Positions 52,850 to 56,829 of a stretch of 56,829 nucleotides of DNA are shown piece by piece (the stretch's first letter is position 1; each line of letters starts with the position of its first letter). The notes under the pieces are model-generated. The model worked only from the letters and a program-made list of their open reading frames with translations. It did no database searches and was not told where the DNA came from. Where the stretch lies: IMG/VR virus record IMGVR_UViG_3300032163_000017, positions 1 through 56,829 of that record. The stretch is one strand, 5' to 3'. This DNA comes from a virus (lineage: Duplodnaviria > Caudoviricetes). The translations under genes were made by a program, and so were the position numbers.

Positions 52850-53215
52850 TTATGTATAAACAACATTAACTGTAACTGCTGCTCCTGGAGGTGCTACTCC
52901 AGCTGTCCCTCCAGTAAGTACTGTTGCCACCTGTAATCCAGCTGCAAAAGCTGCCCCTGCCACACAGAGAAGAATCGTTCCTTTGAAAGAGGCTGGAACC
53001 TCAAGAACCCAATCTGGTACGGTTGTTCCAACAACAACAGCCTCAGCATTGTCAAAGAGTTTAACATAGGAGATGGCAGCGTTGAGGGAATTATCGACAT
53101 AGACAGCATAGAGTATGCCAGCCGATGCTTTAACAACAACAGCAGCATTTCCGTTGCTGGTGTCCTTAAAAAGATAAGTAGCTAATGCGGTAAGTGTAAG
53201 ATTCGTGACTGCCAT
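52850..53215 (-). CDS. Virion structural protein (beta-sandwich)
   Basis: VVKASAG.LY......N.....YVKLFD.......GTT.P pattern common in phage head clusters. Confidence 0.65.
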   Translation of the reverse strand: MAVTNLTLTALATYLFKDTSNGNAAVVVKASAGILYAVYVDNSLNAAISYVKLFDNAEAVVVGTTVPDWVLEVPASFKGTILLCVAGAAFAAGLQVATVLTGGTAGVAPPGAAVTVNVVYT

Positions 53216-53231
53216 TTTTTATTCCTCCTTT

Positions 53232-56024
53232 TTATGGAACTTGGGGCTCCTGAAAACCAAGTTCAGTTTTCTTTCCTCTGAGAAGATTGGCAGGGAGTTT
53301 TGCTGGAGCCCGCTTTCCTCCAAATCCTCTCATCCCTCCATTCCCTCCACCTTGTTGGGCTGCAATCATTGCCATCTCTTTCTGCTTCTCTCCCATCCTC
53401 TCCATAATCTCATCACGGTTGGGGAACTCAAGAGCATCCAAAGCTGCCCTTTCATCAATCAGCCCTGTCTGGAAGAGCTGCACCGCCATCAATCCTTTCT
53501 GCCATTTGGTCATCGCAAGAGAGGAAGCAGGGATAACCTTAAATTGGTAATCTTTGAAAACTGACATCCCTTTCTTTTGGATAAGCTCTCTAATCTTCTT
53601 CCTTTCAAAGAGATACTGTTCAACCTTTCCACTTTCTCCAACCATATTAAAAATTCTGTCTGCTGTATAGTAGGCAAAGATGCGAGGAATCAACTTCTGA
53701 CCGATTCGTTGAATCATCCCTTCAAGCTGGCGAGCTTTCAGCCTAATTGTGGTCTGAGCCATCATTGCGAGGCTGTTTCTGCTGAGGATGACCACCCCAT
53801 TTCTCCTTATAAACCAGTTACCTGTGATAGTTGTAGGACACCAAATTGGACCAGAAAAGTCAACAATGGTTATCTCTTTCTGATTGAAAATATTATTGAG
53901 ACCAACTTGCTTTGTTTGTTTACAAGTAATTTTTATTGGATCTACATAACAGTCTTTTTTATGTTTTTCATTTTTATTTAATTGAAACTTTAATGATGTA
54001 GAAATACCAAGAAGGGTTGCCAGCATTTGAAATTGATCTGCAAGTTCTCTGTCAGAGGTATTATAAACAGTGCTGACTGTATTCTCTTTTCTTTCTAAAG
54101 CTGTACCATCCCCTCTTAACATCGTCTCATAAAGAACTTTAAGAAGATATGGTTTTGTTGAGGTTAACTCTTGGTACCCAGGTCTCTTATCAGGAAATAA
54201 GTTTTTAACGATTTGAGAATCTTTTGTTGAGAGTACCCAAGCTTTTACATCTCTTGTTTGCATTTTTGTGTTAAACTTAAAACCACAAGCAGTTAAGCAT
54301 TTCTCAATCTTTACACAATTCTCTGGATTCTCCTTTATTGATTGAGAGAGTTTAACTTCAGGATATTCATAAGCTCTGCTATCACCTTTTCTATCTCTTG
54401 AATATTTGTGTGTGATACATCCTTCTGCCACCAACCATCCAAGAAATTCCATAATATGAGGAGAATAGATCCCTCCAACTTCTTTCTCATCTAACTGTGC
54501 TGCAGATGGAATCCAATGATTTGTATTCAACTCTGTTGACTTAACTCTTTTGTACTTCCCTTCTTTAAAAGTTCCTGTTATAGAGGTTGATCCTACAAGC
54601 CATTCGTGATTTGGTGTCACCAAAGCATCAATCTGTTTATTCTTAATCTCAATCATCGGCCCTTCATATTTCTCTTGAACATTCACTCGAAGGAGAGGTG
54701 ACCACACCCCTAACTCTGTCTCCTCATCCATACAATAAATTTGATCTTCAGCTTCTAACTCATAAACATGCTTCCATCCTCTTTTTGTCAAACATTCTGT
54801 TTCAAAATCCACACATTCGATTGCAACACCCGAAGTCACCTGACCTGGCCTCCTCCCTTCGGTCACCTCTGTAATCCCTGACAGCTTTTCCAACCCATTA
54901 ATAAGCATCGTTGAGAGAGACATTACATAAGCTGGAAGAGCTGGAGGAGCTTCCCTTCTAAGCTGTTTACCAGGTCTCACCTTAACATGACTCCCAGGTT
55001 CGTTGGTGAGGCGTGCCCAATCCTCTTTAGAAAGGGCATCCTGATCCCCAATCCAAATCCCATTCCCCATAAGGATGGCGTTCTCCATTATCCCTGCAAG
55101 GAGCTTGTTGAAGAGAATCTGAGGAGACTCAAGTTGATCAATCTCATTACTCCCATAAGGAGAGTCAACATTAAATCCCCACTCCATACCATCAAAGGGA
55201 TGGTTACCATCAAGATAGGGGTTGGCCCCATCCTCAATTGGGCAACCTCCAGCAATGATGATATGTCTCCAATTTGGGAAACTGAGCTTATCATCCTTTC
55301 TGGTTGTTCGATCCCTAATCCACCAATCCCTTACAATAGATCGTGGGATGACTGAGCTTTTCTCTGTTGATGTTTTCTCCCAGTTAAAGAGGGTTCTCAG
55401 TTTATGGATGAGAGAATCTGGTTTGACCTCTTCAGAAATTAAATCTGATTTTATATCATCAGCTTTCTTTGGATTGAGATCTTTGAGGAGCTCAGTTGGT
55501 TTGATTGTCTCTAAGCAGCAATATTCTCCATATTGAAGGTTCCAGCTTCTTGTTACGAATGGGTCAAAGATGAAGCAACGGGGATCGATGACAACGAGGT
55601 CGATGTCACCTTTCCCATAATCAAGACTTTTATCATAGCAGGTGTTAAAGAGTGCAAATCCAAAGTACTCTTCAAGCATAACGAATTCGGTCAGCTTCTG
55701 CTCGAAGCTTCTCTCATCCAATATCCCTTCGATTGTTTTTTGGAGAATCTCAGCGACTGGGTCATCTTTCTGTGTCCTGCTTGCCACCACTATCGTTGGT
55801 CGACTGTCAGTAAGAAGGGCAGCTTTCCTCTCGACGATTTGGGAGAGGAAGTTCATCACAGCGTTGATTTTATATTTGGGGCGGCGTTCAGGCCACGTCT
55901 CTCCTTTGATTGTCTTGATCGCCTTATCCCAGTTCTTACTCGCTTTAGCACGAGCCTCACTACCCTCAGCATAGAGTTTACTGAGATACTTAAGAAGAGA
56001 TTGTTCTCCGGTTGTCAAGGGCAT
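53232..56024 (-). CDS. Portal protein containing an intein
   Basis: Podovirus-type portal (NFL..IVE.K, IDP..F..DP, YG...I..L..PQ..FNK, E.LSG......G, SGVAIE|SL). Confidence 0.9.
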   Translation of the reverse strand: MPLTTGEQSLLKYLSKLYAEGSEARAKASKNWDKAIKTIKGETWPERRPKYKINAVMNFLSQIVERKAALLTDSRPTIVVASRTQKDDPVAEILQKTIEGILDERSFEQKLTEFVMLEEYFGFALFNTCYDKSLDYGKGDIDLVVIDPRCFIFDPFVTRSWNLQYGEYCCLETIKPTELLKDLNPKKADDIKSDLISEEVKPDSLIHKLRTLFNWEKTSTEKSSVIPRSIVRDWWIRDRTTRKDDKLSFPNWRHIIIAGGCPIEDGANPYLDGNHPFDGMEWGFNVDSPYGSNEIDQLESPQILFNKLLAGIMENAILMGNGIWIGDQDALSKEDWARLTNEPGSHVKVRPGKQLRREAPPALPAYVMSLSTMLINGLEKLSGITEVTEGRRPGQVTSGVAIECVDFETECLTKRGWKHVYELEAEDQIYCMDEETELGVWSPLLRVNVQEKYEGPMIEIKNKQIDALVTPNHEWLVGSTSITGTFKEGKYKRVKSTELNTNHWIPSAAQLDEKEVGGIYSPHIMEFLGWLVAEGCITHKYSRDRKGDSRAYEYPEVKLSQSIKENPENCVKIEKCLTACGFKFNTKMQTRDVKAWVLSTKDSQIVKNLFPDKRPGYQELTSTKPYLLKVLYETMLRGDGTALERKENTVSTVYNTSDRELADQFQMLATLLGISTSLKFQLNKNEKHKKDCYVDPIKITCKQTKQVGLNNIFNQKEITIVDFSGPIWCPTTITGNWFIRRNGVVILSRNSLAMMAQTTIRLKARQLEGMIQRIGQKLIPRIFAYYTADRIFNMVGESGKVEQYLFERKKIRELIQKKGMSVFKDYQFKVIPASSLAMTKWQKGLMAVQLFQTGLIDERAALDALEFPNRDEIMERMGEKQKEMAMIAAQQGGGNGGMRGFGGKRAPAKLPANLLRGKKTELGFQEPQVP
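53775..54815 (-). mobile_element. Intein (347 aa) with LAGLIDADG-type homing endonuclease
   Basis: Starts CVDFETECLTKRGW, block B VTPNH, LGWLVAEG and MLRGDG motifs, ends WCPTT.TGNWFIRRNG...SRN followed by Ser. Confidence 0.92.
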
Positions 56025-56025
56025 A

Positions 56026-56289
56026 TCACACCACTCGCTCTTTTTGTTTTCGCTGACTTAACCATCTTTGTTCCTCTCGATACTCTCTTTCCTCAACTGT
56101 CTCTTCATCAAGGAGAGTAGCATCTTCCTCAACTTCCCTCCCTCTGGTCACTCCCCCTTCAAACTCTTCCAGAGAGGGTTCAAGAAATGGGAGAGAGATA
56201 AGAGCAATATTATCCTGCTCTAATTTTCGAATCAATCTCTCCAATCTTCCCACCCTCTTATTAAGAGTAACCCAATCTGCCAAACTCAT
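56026..56289 (-). CDS. Hypothetical protein
   Basis: ATGA-coupled, between terL and portal. Confidence 0.7.
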   Translation of the reverse strand: MSLADWVTLNKRVGRLERLIRKLEQDNIALISLPFLEPSLEEFEGGVTRGREVEEDATLLDEETVEEREYREEQRWLSQRKQKERVV

Positions 56290-56777
56290 AATGTCAATCC
56301 CAATGTTGCTTCACCTCTCAGCTTCTTCTGCCTTGCAATCTCCTCCCCTCTTGCCTTATCCCCACAGAGGTTAGAGCAAAACTTCTGCCCAAATCTCTTT
56401 GAAGGAAACTCCTTCTTGCAATAAGCACAGATGGATTTCTCAAGAAGCAACTCAATCTGTCTCCAAGCAGGGTCGATTGAGGGAGCTGGAAGGTTGCCAC
56501 TTTCTTGCTGGGCCATGAGTGAGCCTAAGATGAGCTGCCACCTGGGAATCTTCAACGTTATGTCTGCCAGCTCAGCAGCATACTCTCTGATGGAAGATGG
56601 GAGGATGGAGAGAAGCAGATTGGCTGCCTCCTCCAGTGACCCATGAAAGCTTTCCTCAATCAAAGGATGGGCTTCCTCAGCGTTGGTTGGGGTGGGGGGG
56701 TAGGTGGGAGCTTTTGGAAGCCTTCCTTTCACACCTTCAAGTATTTCTTCTGATAAGATTTGTTGTCCTCTTGTCAT
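56286..56777 (-). CDS. Hypothetical protein with C-terminal Zn finger
   Basis: CAYCKKEF......KFCSNLC; RBS AAGGAG. Confidence 0.75.
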   Translation of the reverse strand: MTRGQQILSEEILEGVKGRLPKAPTYPPTPTNAEEAHPLIEESFHGSLEEAANLLLSILPSSIREYAAELADITLKIPRWQLILGSLMAQQESGNLPAPSIDPAWRQIELLLEKSICAYCKKEFPSKRFGQKFCSNLCGDKARGEEIARQKKLRGEATLGLTL

Positions 56778-56829
56778 TTTATTTTCTCCTTTCCTTTTTA
56801 CTCTTTCCCCATTTACTGAAGGAAAGTTT
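56703..56829. repeat. Terminal direct repeat, copy 2
   Basis: Identical to 1-127. Confidence 0.95.

Noticed and set aside
56703-56829. Biological direct terminal repeat
   Set aside because: Length equals a standard assembler k-mer and it cuts through coding sequence; best explained as a circularisation overlap

Overview
The window is one apparently complete, circularly assembled dsDNA phage genome of about 56.7 kb: bases 1-127 are repeated exactly at 56703-56829. The architecture is podovirus-like, with no tape measure and no integrase. A rightward arm (4284-23515) carries many small early genes, a Cas4-like nuclease/AAA/SSB recombination set, a Tad2-like protein, a ParB-methyltransferase fusion, J-domain and vWA proteins, a UDG-PolA fusion and a DUF3987-type ATPase. 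A leftward arm carries terminase, an intein-containing portal, scaffold, capsid, decoration proteins, lysis genes, adaptors, tail nozzle, fibres and ejection proteins. Sigma70-type promoters, strong AGGAGG RBSs and an SLT endolysin point to a bacterial, probably diderm, host. The most striking system is a late-operon glycosylation cassette (42077-47767). It has two glycosyltransferase domains with polypeptide GalNAc-transferase-like motifs, two further GT-like domains, a DegT aminotransferase, two methyltransferases and a nitroreductase. It sits directly behind one of two structural-region proteins with long, almost perfectly alternating Ser-X (SPS[I/V/L]) tracts, suggesting a phage-encoded mucin-like glycan coat. 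Other notable signals: an FN3 domain split across two genes by an inserted beta-propeller gene, a ~125-bp imperfect inverted repeat with IHF-like sites, a kissing-loop/long-range RNA structure enclosing one ORF, degenerate tRNA-like elements, and an in-frame TGA in a Zn-ribbon gene. All function calls come from motif recognition by eye; no searches were run.
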